DNA of 62,974 nucleotides, filler included, from Deltaproteobacteria bacterium (GCA_026129095.1; 5 parts of 5 records of this genome joined end to end with filler, not necessarily neighbours in it), one strand, 5' to 3'; positions 10,120 through 20,252 are shown, numbered from the whole stretch's first letter. Made by a program: numbers and translations. The notes: generated by a model not told the origin, from the letters alone.

Positions 10120-11349
10120 ATGATCCGCCGCCGCGCCGTTCTTGCCGTTTCCGTCTCGCTGGCGGCGGTGGCGGCTATTGATCTCGCGCTCCGGCCGGCG
10201 CTCGACCGGCTGTGCGCGAAGTGCGCGGTGCCGGTCCAGTTCAGCGCGCAGTTCGATCCGCAGTTCATCTGGAACCCCACGGCCCACCTGCCGCCGGAGG
10301 CCGTGCGGGCACTGCGCTCGCGGCTGGACACCTGGCGCACGCCCCCGGATCCCGGGGCGGCGGGGTTCCGGGTACTGGTCGCGGGCGACACGGTGGGCGT
10401 TGGCCCCGGCGGACGGCCGGAGCTTTCGTTTCCGTCGAGACTGGCGGCGCGGCTTTCGGAGCGGTTCGTCACCTCCGGCAACGGGACCGGCAGCGGCCCC
10501 GCCGCCGACATCATCAACTTCTCGGTGCCTGGTTTTTCCACCTTCCAGGTCTACCGGCTGGTGGAAAAGGAGCTGCCCGGTTTGCACCTCGATCTCCTGA
10601 TCGTCGCCGCCGGGGCGATGGACGCCGTGCCCTCCGGGCGGTCGGACGCCTCGTGGGTGCAGTACCGGCTGTCGGGGGCGGGAAAGTGGCGGCAGATGGC
10701 CGAAACCTCCGGGCTGGTGAGGCTCGGCCGGCGGCTCCTGCCGCCCGGGCGCGGCCCGGACCACCCGGTGCCGCGGGTGAGCCGCATCGAGCGCGAGCTT
10801 CTCATCGACCGGCTGCTCCGGATCACCGCGCCCCAGAACGTGCTGCTTGCCGTGCTGCCCACCGACTTCACCTCGGCCGATTCGGTGGCGGTGGCCCAGC
10901 ACGCCCGCTCGCAGGGGGCGCTCGCCGTGGAGTTCATGCCGGAACTGAGGCGGCAGGAGGTGGATCTCGCCGCCGTCCGCTCGATGGACCCGGACCCGGA
11001 GGCCAACCGGTTCCACTATGCCGAGTATCTCCTCGTCCACCGCACCCAGACGGAGATCGACGACGCCCGCCGCCGCATCGCCGAGGAAACCGGCCTCCCC
11101 CCGCCTGAGACGAACGACACCGGACTGTTCGAGACGCCCGTGCAGCCCAACCGCTACGGCCACGAATACCTGGCGATGCTGTGGGAGCGGCGGCTCGCGG
11201 CGATTCTGCCCGAATGGCGGGAACGGCGCGGCGACCCGCTGGAGCCCTCCGGCGGTTTCCTCCCCGGCGGCGTCCCCGTGATGGAGGTGAGCGGGCGGGA
11301 CGGCGCACTCCCCGACGCGCCGAAAGGACCGGGACGGGTAAGGAGGTAG
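10120..11349 (+). CDS. Membrane-anchored SGNH/GDSL hydrolase-like protein with degenerate active site
   Basis: N-terminal hydrophobic anchor; VLVAGDTVG, INFSVPGFSTFQ, DLLIVAAGAMD and QPNRYGH blocks. Confidence 0.7.
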   Translation: MIRRRAVLAVSVSLAAVAAIDLALRPALDRLCAKCAVPVQFSAQFDPQFIWNPTAHLPPEAVRALRSRLDTWRTPPDPGAAGFRVLVAGDTVGVGPGGRPELSFPSRLAARLSERFVTSGNGTGSGPAADIINFSVPGFSTFQVYRLVEKELPGLHLDLLIVAAGAMDAVPSGRSDASWVQYRLSGAGKWRQMAETSGLVRLGRRLLPPGRGPDHPVPRVSRIERELLIDRLLRITAPQNVLLAVLPTDFTSADSVAVAQHARSQGALAVEFMPELRRQEVDLAAVRSMDPDPEANRFHYAEYLLVHRTQTEIDDARRRIAEETGLPPPETNDTGLFETPVQPNRYGHEYLAMLWERRLAAILPEWRERRGDPLEPSGGFLPGGVPVMEVSGRDGALPDAPKGPGRVRR

Positions 11350-11370
11350 GGGACTGCCTCATGGCGCGCT

Positions 11371-11491
11371 GCCTCACCCCGCGCCTCAACGGCGCGGCCC
11401 TCTCCAGGAACTGGAGAGGGCGGGGAAAGACGGGCGCGCTGCCTCATCCTCCCCCTCTCCGGTTCCCGGAGAGGGGGCTGGGGGGTGAGGC
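11371..11491. repeat. 121-bp REP/MITE-like unit
   Basis: Near-identical to 9956-10076 and in the same orientation. Confidence 0.95.
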
Positions 11492-11494
11492 CCC

Positions 11495-12274
11495 CTACCT
11501 CGACAGTTTTCTCGATATCCAGGCGGAGAGGCCGGGGGCGAGGCGGTTCAGGGTGTGCATGGCGGCCGACATCCGGTCGCAGTAGACGACGAGATCGCCG
11601 CCATCGAGGGTGCCGACGATGGTGGTGGCGACGCCGGTGGCCGTGAGCATCTTCAGGCGCGAGTAGACGCGGGGCTTTTCGGCGAGCGACTGTACCATCG
11701 GCGTGTTGGCCGGGGGCGGCGCGACAGTGTGGACGCGGATGCCGCGGTCTTCCCACTCGGCGCGCAGCGCCTGCGCGAAGCCGATGACGCCCGCCTTGCT
11801 CGCGCCGTAGACGGAAAACTGCTCGGCTCCCCGGAACCCGGCGATGGAGCTGATCATCGTGACGACCGAACCCCGGCGGAGGTGCCGCTCGAACGCCTTG
11901 ACCGTATAGATCGCCCCCATGAGGTTCACCCGCAGGGTGGTCTCGGCGGCGCGGGCGTTGATCTGGAGAAAGTCGCCCGTGTAGAGGACGCCCGCCCCGG
12001 CGACGAGAAAATCCGCCGGGCCCCAGCCGTCGAGTTCGCGGGCGGCGCGTTCCAGGTCGCCGTAGTTCGTCACGTCGGCGCGCAGCGCGCGGTGGTCCCC
12101 CGTGGGGCACGCGCCGTGAACGGCGTCGAGCGAGGCTTCCGAGCGGTCAATGAGCGCCACCGAAAAACCCTTCAGGGCCAGCAGGCGGGCCACCTCGGCG
12201 TTGATGCCGCTCGCCGCGCCGGTGACGACGGCGCGCTTGCGGCCGGGATAGAGGTTGCCGGAAGCCGAGGTCAC
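11495..12274 (-). CDS. Short-chain dehydrogenase/reductase
   Basis: TGAASGI and YGASK motifs. Confidence 0.92.
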   Translation of the reverse strand: MTSASGNLYPGRKRAVVTGAASGINAEVARLLALKGFSVALIDRSEASLDAVHGACPTGDHRALRADVTNYGDLERAARELDGWGPADFLVAGAGVLYTGDFLQINARAAETTLRVNLMGAIYTVKAFERHLRRGSVVTMISSIAGFRGAEQFSVYGASKAGVIGFAQALRAEWEDRGIRVHTVAPPPANTPMVQSLAEKPRVYSRLKMLTATGVATTIVGTLDGGDLVVYCDRMSAAMHTLNRLAPGLSAWISRKLSR

Positions 12275-12287
12275 GGAAAGGCGCCCC

Positions 12288-12797
12288 CTAGTTCAAGGTG
12301 GAAGGGTCGATGAAGGGGACGATGTTGGGACCGCCGTCGCTGTCATCATCCAGCGTGCCTGAAGCGGCGTCCGCCCTTTCGCCCACGACGCGGAGCAGCG
12401 GGCGGCGGCTGCGGAAACCGGTGTCGAGGCTGTGCCAGAACCGGACGCTGGTTTCGCCCACCCGCCAGCAGAGCCAGACCTCGCGGCCATTCACCACGCC
12501 ACGGAAATCGACGAGGCCGAGATCGATATCCTTCACGACAGCGCCGGTTTCGAGGATCGTGCGGAGTTCGCCCTCCAGCACCGAGGCGAGCCGTCTCACC
12601 ATCTCGATCCGCGCGGCGCACGATTCAGGGGCCACGCGCTGCCCGCCCAGGTAGAGGGAGACATCGGGAATCCCGGCAACGCGGAGTTCTTCCAGGTGGC
12701 CGTCCAGATCGGCCCTGAGCGAGGTGATGCGCTCGAACGCCCGCTCCAGCGCCGGCAGGCAGGCGTTGGCTTCGCTCACGCTGAACAGTTTTCCCAT
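12288..12797 (-). CDS. DUF2203 family protein
   Basis: FSVSEANACLP...VKDIDLGLVDF...WLCWRVGE...WHSLDTGF..RRPL. Confidence 0.88.
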   Translation of the reverse strand: MGKLFSVSEANACLPALERAFERITSLRADLDGHLEELRVAGIPDVSLYLGGQRVAPESCAARIEMVRRLASVLEGELRTILETGAVVKDIDLGLVDFRGVVNGREVWLCWRVGETSVRFWHSLDTGFRSRRPLLRVVGERADAASGTLDDDSDGGPNIVPFIDPSTLN

Positions 12798-12950
12798 GAC
12801 CCCCTGAATCTAGGCCGTCCGGCCGCCGGGGGCAAACCGCAGGACGGGGCCTCCCGCCATTCGCCTGTTGACACGGCGGCATTTATACTGGCGTCGCGGG
12901 CTTAAGCTTCAGTCTTCAGGGTTTCAGCGGACGGAAAGGACGACCGGCGT

Positions 12951-14207
12951 TTGCGCGGCAAGACGGGACTTGTACTTTCGGGCGGCGGCGCACGCGGGGC
13001 CTACGAGGTGGGCGTCCTCCAGTACATCTACGAGGAGTTCGGCCGCCACGCCCGCTTCGACATCCTGAGCGGAAGCTCGGTAGGCGCGATCAACGCCGGG
13101 TTCGCCGCAGCGGCCTCGAACGATCCGGCGCACGAGATCGCCAGTCTCGTCAAGGTCTGGAGCAACCTGCGCCTCTGGGACGAGCTGCACTACGGCATCG
13201 GCCAGCTCCTGCGGCTCCCGCTGCTCGTCTTCGGCCGCATCCCGATCATCGGAAACGGCATGACGCGCATCGCGCTCGGCCACAGCCTGTTCGACGTGCG
13301 GCACCTGGTGGAGGTCGTGCGGACCGGCGTCCCGTGGGAGCGAATCCAGGACAACCTGAAGGAGGGGCACTTCGAGTCGCTCGCCATCACGGCCACCGAG
13401 ATCCTGAGCGGCACCAGCACGACGTTCGTCGAGACCTCGCGCATGCAGCTCCCGCCCTGGACCCGCGACTCGCGCCACAAGGCCGAGAAGACCGTCATCA
13501 CCAGCGCGCACGCGCTGGCCAGCTCGGCCATCCCGCTGCTGTTTCCGCTGGTGGGAATTGACGGCCGGGCGTTCTGCGACGGAGGAATGCGGCAGAACAC
13601 GCCCATCGGCCCCACCCTCCGGCTCGGCGCGGACCGTCTCCTCGTCATCCGGCTGAAGACCTCCAAGCACCACAGGCCCCTGCTGTTCCCGTTCGACACG
13701 GAGCAGCCGCCGCCGTCGTTCCTCATCGGCAAGCTGTTCAACGCGCTGTTCCTGGACCAGCTCGACTACGACCTGGACCGGCTGGACCGGATCAACCAGA
13801 TTCTCGAGGACGGCGAGGAGACATTCGGCCCCGACTTCGCCGAGCGGCTGGCCCAGACCGCCATCAGGCACCGGGGCCAGCAGTGGCGCAAGGTTCATTT
13901 GAAGGTGATCGCACCGTCGGACGACCTCGGCGCCATCGCCGCGGAGGTGATCCGCGAGCCTTCCTTCCGCAAGGGAATGCCGCTCGTCTGGCGGTTCATC
14001 ATGCGCTACCTGGACTCCGGCCGCCGCGAGGAGGCGGACCTCCTTTCGTACCTCCTGTTCGACGGCCACTACTGCAGGCGGCTCATGGACCTGGGCTACC
14101 GGGACGGGAAAAACGCCCGCGACGACCTCGCCCGGTTCTTCGAGGGGGCCGAGAAGGCCCGCGTCATCGAACCGTCGGCCGGTGACCTCACCGCCGGAGG
14201 AACCTGA
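12951..14207 (+). CDS. Patatin-like phospholipase
   Basis: LSGGGARGAY, GSSVG and DGG motifs. Confidence 0.93.
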   Translation: MRGKTGLVLSGGGARGAYEVGVLQYIYEEFGRHARFDILSGSSVGAINAGFAAAASNDPAHEIASLVKVWSNLRLWDELHYGIGQLLRLPLLVFGRIPIIGNGMTRIALGHSLFDVRHLVEVVRTGVPWERIQDNLKEGHFESLAITATEILSGTSTTFVETSRMQLPPWTRDSRHKAEKTVITSAHALASSAIPLLFPLVGIDGRAFCDGGMRQNTPIGPTLRLGADRLLVIRLKTSKHHRPLLFPFDTEQPPPSFLIGKLFNALFLDQLDYDLDRLDRINQILEDGEETFGPDFAERLAQTAIRHRGQQWRKVHLKVIAPSDDLGAIAAEVIREPSFRKGMPLVWRFIMRYLDSGRREEADLLSYLLFDGHYCRRLMDLGYRDGKNARDDLARFFEGAEKARVIEPSAGDLTAGGT

Positions 14208-14215
14208 AAAATCCC

Positions 14216-15916
14216 GTGAGCGATTCGCCCGAAGATACGGCGTCCCCGGACGGCACGGACTCCCCCCGGCGCCGGATGGAACGGTACGCGGGGCTTGCGC
14301 TTCTGGGCGCGGCGATCGTGCTCACCTTCTGGGTCCGGCTCCGACTCGCCGGAACGCCGTTCGAGCGCGACGAGGGGGGTTACGCCTACATCGCCCGGAT
14401 GCAGCTCCGGGGCGTGCCGCCCTACGTGAGCGGCTACAGCATGCACATGCCGGGGCTCTACCTCGTGTACGCCCTGTTCCTGAAGCTGTTTGGCGAGACG
14501 GCCGAGGCGGTCCGCACCGGCTACGCGCTGGCCATCGCCGCCACGTCGGCGGTGGTTTACCTGCTGGGAAAAAGGCTCGCCGGTCCCCTTACGGGCGGCG
14601 CGGCCGCGCTCATCTTCGCCCTGCTCTCGCTCAGCGAGCGGGTGCAGGGGCTGTTCAGCAACTCCGAGCACCTCATCAACTTCTTCGTGGTGGCGGCGGC
14701 GCTGCTGCTGGCCGGATGGCGGCGCGAGGCCCCCGCCGGTTCCCGGCGGGCGGCCACGCTGCTGTGGCTCGCCGGCGTCTCTCTCGGCCTTGCGTTCCTG
14801 ATGAAGCAGGTCGCCGCCGTCTACGCGGCCGGGGCCGCGATCTGGGCGGTCGCCGCCACCCGGCGGGAGTCCGGCGGCCAGGCCGGCATCATCGAGGAGT
14901 TCTTCCGGCTGCTGGCCGGTTGCGCGCTCCCGGTGATGCTCGTCTTCCTCTGGCAGTATGTTGCGGGGGATTTCGACCGGTTCATGTTCTGGACGCTCGT
15001 TTACCCGCTCCACTACGGCGTTCCCGACAGCCCCGAGGCCGTGAAAGCAATGCTGATCCAGGGGTGGAACTACTCGGTCAGGCCGCTCCTTCCCTACTGG
15101 ATCGCGGGCGCGGCCGGACTGGTGTGGCTCGCGCTGCGGGGGAAAAGCCGCCACGGGCTCCGGTGGCTCGTGCCCGTTTTCGCCATCGCCTCGCTCGCCG
15201 CCCTGCTCCAGGGGTTCTACCTGAGACCCCATTACTTCCAGCTCGTTTTGCCGTGGACAGCCCTTGGCGCGGGCTACCTCGTGAGCCGGGCGGGACTGCC
15301 CGCAAAGCTGATGCCGAAGGCGCCCGCGGTGGCGGTTCCGGCGGCGGCCGCGCTGCTGCTGACGGCACCGATGCTGTGGCGCGAGGGAAGCTACCTGTTC
15401 CGGCTGTCACCGGAGGCAGTGTCCCGCCGGTCCTACGGCATGAACCCGTTTCCCGAATCGCTCCCCATCGCGGAGTTCATCCAGAGCATCACCGGACCCG
15501 CTGACAAGGTGGCGATCATCGGCTCCGAGCCCCAGATTCTCTTCTATGCGGACCGGGAGTCGGCCACGGGATATCTGTATACCTATGCTCTCATGGAACC
15601 GCACCCGTTCTCGGAGTCCATGCAGCAGGAGTTCATCCGGCAGGTGGAGGCAGCCCGACCCGCCGCGTGGGTGTTCGTGAATGTCCCGACGTCGTGGTTG
15701 CCCCGAAAAGATTCGCATGGACTGGTCTTTGGCTGGTTCGAGGCGCAACTTCAGTCTGGCAGGCTCGAATCGGCAGGAGTCGTGGACCTCATCGGTCCCG
15801 GCCGCACCGTTTACCGGTTCGGGGAGGAGGCGAAGGGCTACCGCCCCCGCTCGTCCCTGTGGGTCGCCATCTATACCTCGCAACAGCCGGAAACCGGAGA
15901 AGGAGTTTTACCATGA
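14216..15916 (+). CDS. GT-C (PMT/ArnT-like, family 39) glycosyltransferase
   Basis: RDEGGYAY after the first TM helix, many TM helices, KQ and PHYF motifs. Confidence 0.85.
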   Translation: MSDSPEDTASPDGTDSPRRRMERYAGLALLGAAIVLTFWVRLRLAGTPFERDEGGYAYIARMQLRGVPPYVSGYSMHMPGLYLVYALFLKLFGETAEAVRTGYALAIAATSAVVYLLGKRLAGPLTGGAAALIFALLSLSERVQGLFSNSEHLINFFVVAAALLLAGWRREAPAGSRRAATLLWLAGVSLGLAFLMKQVAAVYAAGAAIWAVAATRRESGGQAGIIEEFFRLLAGCALPVMLVFLWQYVAGDFDRFMFWTLVYPLHYGVPDSPEAVKAMLIQGWNYSVRPLLPYWIAGAAGLVWLALRGKSRHGLRWLVPVFAIASLAALLQGFYLRPHYFQLVLPWTALGAGYLVSRAGLPAKLMPKAPAVAVPAAAALLLTAPMLWREGSYLFRLSPEAVSRRSYGMNPFPESLPIAEFIQSITGPADKVAIIGSEPQILFYADRESATGYLYTYALMEPHPFSESMQQEFIRQVEAARPAAWVFVNVPTSWLPRKDSHGLVFGWFEAQLQSGRLESAGVVDLIGPGRTVYRFGEEAKGYRPRSSLWVAIYTSQQPETGEGVLP

Positions 15917-16617
15917 TCACCGTCCGCAAGAGCAGCGACCGGGGGCACGCCAGCCACGGCTGGCTCGACACCTGGCACACCTTTTCGTTCGCGCAGTACC
16001 AGGACCCGGCGCACATGGGGTTCCGCTCCCTGCGCGTCATCAACGACGACATCGTCGCGCCGTCGGCGGGTTTTCCCACCCACGGGCACAGTGACATGGA
16101 GATCGTCACCTGGGTGCTGGACGGCGCGCTCCAGCACAAGGACAGCCTCGGCAACGGGTCGGTGATCCGCCCCGGCGAGGCGCAGCGCATGACGGCGGGC
16201 ACCGGAATCCGGCACAGCGAGTTCAACGCGAGCGAGTCCGAACGGTGCCGCCTGCTCCAGATCTGGATCCTGCCGGAGCGCGGGGGGCTTGAGCCCGGCT
16301 ACGAGCAGACGGCCTTTCCGCCGGAATCGCGCCGGGGGAAGCTCCGGCTCATCGCCAGCCGCGACGGCCGCGAGGGGTCGGTGACGGTGCATCAGGACGT
16401 GAGCCTCTACGCCTCGCTGCTGGACAGGGGCCAGAAGGCCGAACTCGCCCTCGCCCCCGGCCGGCACGGCTGGGTGCAGGTGGCCAAGGGATCGGTGACG
16501 CTCAACGGCACCCGCCTCGACCACGGCGACGGCGCGGCCCTAGCCGACGAGACCAGACTCGCCCTCGAAGGCGTGGGCGACGGCACCGCCGAGATACTGG
16601 TGTTCGACCTGGGGTGA
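15913..16617 (+). CDS. Pirin family protein (YhhW-like)
   Basis: RGHASHGWLDTWHTFSF, GFPTHGHSDMEIVT and MTAGTGIRHSE; ATGA overlap. Confidence 0.95.
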   Translation: MITVRKSSDRGHASHGWLDTWHTFSFAQYQDPAHMGFRSLRVINDDIVAPSAGFPTHGHSDMEIVTWVLDGALQHKDSLGNGSVIRPGEAQRMTAGTGIRHSEFNASESERCRLLQIWILPERGGLEPGYEQTAFPPESRRGKLRLIASRDGREGSVTVHQDVSLYASLLDRGQKAELALAPGRHGWVQVAKGSVTLNGTRLDHGDGAALADETRLALEGVGDGTAEILVFDLG

Positions 16618-16620
16618 GGG

Positions 16621-16939
16621 GCCTCACCGCCATTAGAGGCCTCACCCCCTAGCCCCCTCTCCGGGAACCGGAGAGGGGGGAGAGGATTGTTCCCGCCCTC
16701 TCCAGTTCCTGGAGAGGGCCGCGACCCTTTAAGGGGAGCGGGGTGAGGCTTCCTGCTCCCTGCCTCACCCCCCGGCCCCCTCTCCGGGAACCGGAGAGGG
16801 GGGAGACCACTCCCCCTTGATCCCCCTCTCCGTAGTCACGGAGAGGGGGTGCCCGAAAGGGGCGGGGGTGTGGTTTTCTGTTCCCGCCCTCTCCAGTTCC
16901 TGGAGAGGGCCGCGGCCCTTCAGGGGCGCGGGGTGAGGC
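16621..16939. repeat. REP-like array (two units, one with an extra hairpin)
   Basis: Same hairpins and termini as the 121-bp unit, in reverse orientation. Confidence 0.93.
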
Positions 16940-16954
16940 TTCCCGCCCAAAACG

Positions 16955-16991
16955 AAAACCCCCTCTCCACAATCCGCGGAGAGGGGGTTTT
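16955..16991 (-). terminator. Probable rho-independent terminator
   Basis: AAAACCCCCTCTCC...GGAGAGGGGGTTTT hairpin with a T tract on the minus strand, downstream of the lipoprotein gene. Confidence 0.7.
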
Positions 16992-17014
16992 AAAAGGACG
17001 AGGCCGTTAAGCCA

Positions 17015-17890
17015 TCAGTCCCAGCAGTCGTCGGTGTCAGCGTCGAGGTGAAAGCCGAGGTCGCCGCCGTCGTCGTCCGCGTAGATCTGGATGAGGGTGC
17101 CGCCCACGTCCACGTTCACATTCTCCGCATAGCTGTTGGTGAGGTCGAGTTCGACATCCACCTCGCTGTCCATGCCCTCGTAGTCCACCTGGCCCACCAG
17201 CGTGGCCGAACTTGCGTCGGTATCGAGGCATCCCTCCACGTCACCAAAACAGTAGTCGAGGTCCGGGTCGAAGATTGCTTCGCCGGTGATGGTCCCCTTG
17301 AGGTACGGACCCGCCACCGTGGCGAGCAGTTCGCCGTCGTTCAGGATCACGAAGACGCTGGGTCCGTTCCAGGTTTCTACATCGATCCAGCTGTAGCCGC
17401 AGGCGATGGCGGTTTCGTCGCCGTTTTTCACGCCGATGGCCGTTGCCACGAGATCCGATTCCGAGCTGGTGGTCGAAATCGACAGCGTCCCGTCGGCCGA
17501 TACCGTGCCCGTCACCGTGATGTCGCCGTAGTAGGTGTCCTCGGCGGTCGCCGTGAAGGTGTCGCCCGTCACCTCGCCGGTCACGTCGTGGAACTCGATG
17601 AAGTCATCAACGTCGGGCAGCGACTCGGGTAACCATTCAAAGGTGGTCAGCCTGCCGCTCACGGTCAGGTCGGCGCCGATCGTGATGTCGGCCCAGTAGT
17701 ACCAGTCCGGGTAGAAAGCGAAATCAGACGGCGACACGGAGGCCGGCTCGTTCTTGTTACCGACCACGCCGCCGATGGTGTATTTGCCCGGCTCCAGCGT
17801 GATCCCCTTGCTGTCGCTGCACGCGGCAAGGCCAAGTGTCGTGATGGCGGCGAGCGCGAGGCCGGTCCGCCTGATTGAGTTGAAGTTCAT
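17015..17890 (-). CDS. Acidic, beta-rich hypothetical lipoprotein
   Basis: MNFNSIRRTGLALAAITTLGLAAC lipobox; Asp/Thr-rich; good coding bias. Confidence 0.75.
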   Translation of the reverse strand: MNFNSIRRTGLALAAITTLGLAACSDSKGITLEPGKYTIGGVVGNKNEPASVSPSDFAFYPDWYYWADITIGADLTVSGRLTTFEWLPESLPDVDDFIEFHDVTGEVTGDTFTATAEDTYYGDITVTGTVSADGTLSISTTSSESDLVATAIGVKNGDETAIACGYSWIDVETWNGPSVFVILNDGELLATVAGPYLKGTITGEAIFDPDLDYCFGDVEGCLDTDASSATLVGQVDYEGMDSEVDVELDLTNSYAENVNVDVGGTLIQIYADDDGGDLGFHLDADTDDCWD

Positions 17891-17989
17891 GGTTTTCCCT
17901 TTCGTTTGCCCGGCGAGCCGGGGGTTCAAATCATTTGCGCGGCATCCTAGAGCAGTGCTTCACTTTGGTGCAACAGAAAAAACACACCG

Positions 17990-18147
17990 GCCTCACCGCC
18001 ATTAGGGCCTCACCCCCCGGCGGCTGGCGAGGAGGCCTCACCCCCCGGCCCCCTCTCCGGGAACCGGAGAGGGGGTGCCAGTGAGGGCGGGGGTGAGGTT
18101 TTCTGTTCCCGCCCTCTCCAGTTCCTGGAGAGGGCCGCGACCCTTAT
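17990..18147. repeat. REP-like array truncated at the contig end
   Basis: Starts with GCCTCACCGCCATTAG as at 16621 and carries the same hairpins. Confidence 0.9.
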
Positions 18148-18247
18148 NNNNNNNNNNNNNNNNNNNNNNNNNNNNNNNNNNNNNNNNNNNNTTAATTAAT
18201 TAANNNNNNNNNNNNNNNNNNNNNNNNNNNNNNNNNNNNNNNNNNNN
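18148..18247. other. Artificial contig linker
   Basis: N44-TTAATTAATTAA-N44, giving stops in all six frames. Confidence 0.99.
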
Positions 18248-18277
18248 ATATGGGCCGAAAACGGCGGTCGTCTCATT

Positions 18278-18354
18278 TGGCGGGCCCAGAGAGATTCGAA
18301 CTCCCGACCTTCTGGTTCGTAGCCAGACGCTCTATCCAACTGAGCTATGGGCCC
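18278..18354 (-). tRNA. tRNA-Arg(ACG)
   Basis: Reverse complement GGGCCCATAGCTCAG...TCTGG-CT-ACG-AA-CCAGA...GTTCGAATC...GGGCCCGCCA. Confidence 0.97.
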
Positions 18355-18476
18355 ATCGACGGACGGACCACTCCTGTCCGCCGGTGAAGGAGTGGTTTTC
18401 TAGAGAGTCGGGACGCTGAAGGCAAGAGCGGCGCGGGAGGCCCAAGGCAGGCCGGAAACGGATGCTTATTGAGGGA

Positions 18477-19154
18477 CTAGCGAGCCGGGAATTTCCAGCG
18501 GCGACGGGCGACAGGTGGCCCGATGATTTCAGAGACAACAAATGCGGCGGCCGCCGTCCGGGGGTTCCTAAGCATCGCCGTCGCCGAAATGGCTGGCGCT
18601 GACGGTGGAGGCGCAGCCGGGCCACCGCGTCCGGAACGTGCCGGAGCCGCGGGCTTCCGGACCGCCGCTTCAGCCCGCTGCCGGTCGAGCTTGCGGACAC
18701 GGCCCTCCAGTTCCCGAAGTGCGGCATTCCAGTCCCGGCCGGTGGTTTCCCGGGTTTCCGATTGGTCGCGTGAATGCTCACTCGGACGGGCGGGTGAAGG
18801 GATATTCACCGGCCGGGATTCGGCCTCGCGGGGAGGCACGCCAGGTTTCTCACGCGGCTTCTCCTCGCGGCGCTCACGGTGAATGCCGTAAGGATCCCGG
18901 CGGACCGGTGCGGGCACAGGCTGCGGAGGGGCCGATGACGGCTCACTTTCCTTGCGTGACCCTGGCACCGGGCGGCCCTGCGCGTCATAGTAAACCTCCT
19001 CATCCCAGCCGAGGGGCTCCGGCGCATCGTCTGCATTTTCGCCGTCCGGCGGACTCTTCTTGAACGCCGCCTGGATCACCGAAATGACGATGTACAGGAT
19101 GAAGGCGATGAGCCCGATATGGTCGAGCAAGTCGGCTCGCATGGCATCCATCAC
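18477..19154 (-). CDS. Hypothetical membrane-anchored protein downstream of floA (YqfB-like position)
   Basis: N-terminal TM helix, Pro-rich linker and C-terminal AFVVSEIIGPP motif. Confidence 0.7.
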   Translation of the reverse strand: MMDAMRADLLDHIGLIAFILYIVISVIQAAFKKSPPDGENADDAPEPLGWDEEVYYDAQGRPVPGSRKESEPSSAPPQPVPAPVRRDPYGIHRERREEKPREKPGVPPREAESRPVNIPSPARPSEHSRDQSETRETTGRDWNAALRELEGRVRKLDRQRAEAAVRKPAAPARSGRGGPAAPPPSAPAISATAMLRNPRTAAAAFVVSEIIGPPVARRRWKFPAR

Positions 19155-19193
19155 CGGTCCATTACTCCTGGGTTACGGCATCAGGCTGACAGG

Positions 19194-20195
19194 TCAGCTC
19201 TCGCCGCCATCCTTGGGAGGCTTCGACGACTGGCCAATCGACTCGCGCATACCGGTATCAGCCTGGATATTGCGAAGCTGGTAGTAGTCCATTACGCCCA
19301 GCCTCCCGGCACGGAACGCCTCGGCAATGGCCATCGGCACCTGGGCCTCGGCCTCGATCAGCTTGGCACGCATCTCTTCGGCACGGGCGCGCATCTCCTG
19401 TTCTTGCGCGATAGCCATCGCCCGGCGGCCTTCGGCCAGTGCCTGCGCCACCTTCTTGTCCGCCTCGGCCTGCGCCGTCTGGAGCTGGGCACCGATGTTT
19501 TCCCCCACATCCACGTCAGCAATGTCGATGGAAAGGATCTCGAACGCGGTACCGGCGTCCAGGCCTTTTGAAAGCACTGTCTTGGAGATCATGTCCGGGT
19601 TTTCCAGCACGACCTTGTGGTTGCCCGAGGAACCGATCGTGGTCACAATGCCCTCTCCCACGCGGGCGACGATCGTCTCTTCGCCGGCGCCACCCACAAG
19701 CTTGTCGATATTGGTCCGCACGGTCACCCGGCTGATGGCCTTCAGCTGGATCCCGTCCTTCGCCACGGCAGCCACCAGCGGTGTCGTGATAACCTTCGGA
19801 TTGACCGAGTTCTGCACCGCAGCCAGTACGTCACGGCCGGCAAGGTCAATGGCGGCGGCTTTCTCGAACGTCAGGCTGATGCCCGCCTTGTCGGCGCTGA
19901 TGAGCGCATTGACGACACGGGGCACATCCCCGCCGGCAAGATAGTGTGATTCGAGCTTATCGATCGTGATCGGAATCCCCGCCTTTACCGCACTGATGCG
20001 GGCCGAAACGATCGGCGACGGCGGCACCCGGCGGAGCCGCATACCGATCAGTGTCCCGATGCTCACGTAGGCGTTCGACGTCAGCGCCGCGATGTAGAGC
20101 CCCACCGGCACGAAGTAGAGCACCACAAAGAAAAGGATGATGAACAGCAGGATAAAAGGCGCGCCGATACTGAAGAAGTTCATGGGACGAGACAC
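19194..20195 (-). CDS. floA: Flotillin-like protein FloA (YqfA)
   Basis: [48 protein letters not shown] and GVMDYY. Confidence 0.96.
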   Translation of the reverse strand: MSRPMNFFSIGAPFILLFIILFFVVLYFVPVGLYIAALTSNAYVSIGTLIGMRLRRVPPSPIVSARISAVKAGIPITIDKLESHYLAGGDVPRVVNALISADKAGISLTFEKAAAIDLAGRDVLAAVQNSVNPKVITTPLVAAVAKDGIQLKAISRVTVRTNIDKLVGGAGEETIVARVGEGIVTTIGSSGNHKVVLENPDMISKTVLSKGLDAGTAFEILSIDIADVDVGENIGAQLQTAQAEADKKVAQALAEGRRAMAIAQEQEMRARAEEMRAKLIEAEAQVPMAIAEAFRAGRLGVMDYYQLRNIQADTGMRESIGQSSKPPKDGGES

Positions 20196-20252
20196 CCTCC
20201 ACGAGGTTTTGCTTGTAAATGCCAGAGCCGCACAAACGGCCGGACCTGAACG

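Noticed and set aside
9820-18147. Palindromic arrays as CRISPR
   Set aside because: There are no unique, regularly sized spacers and no cas genes; the sequence between hairpins is itself repeated.
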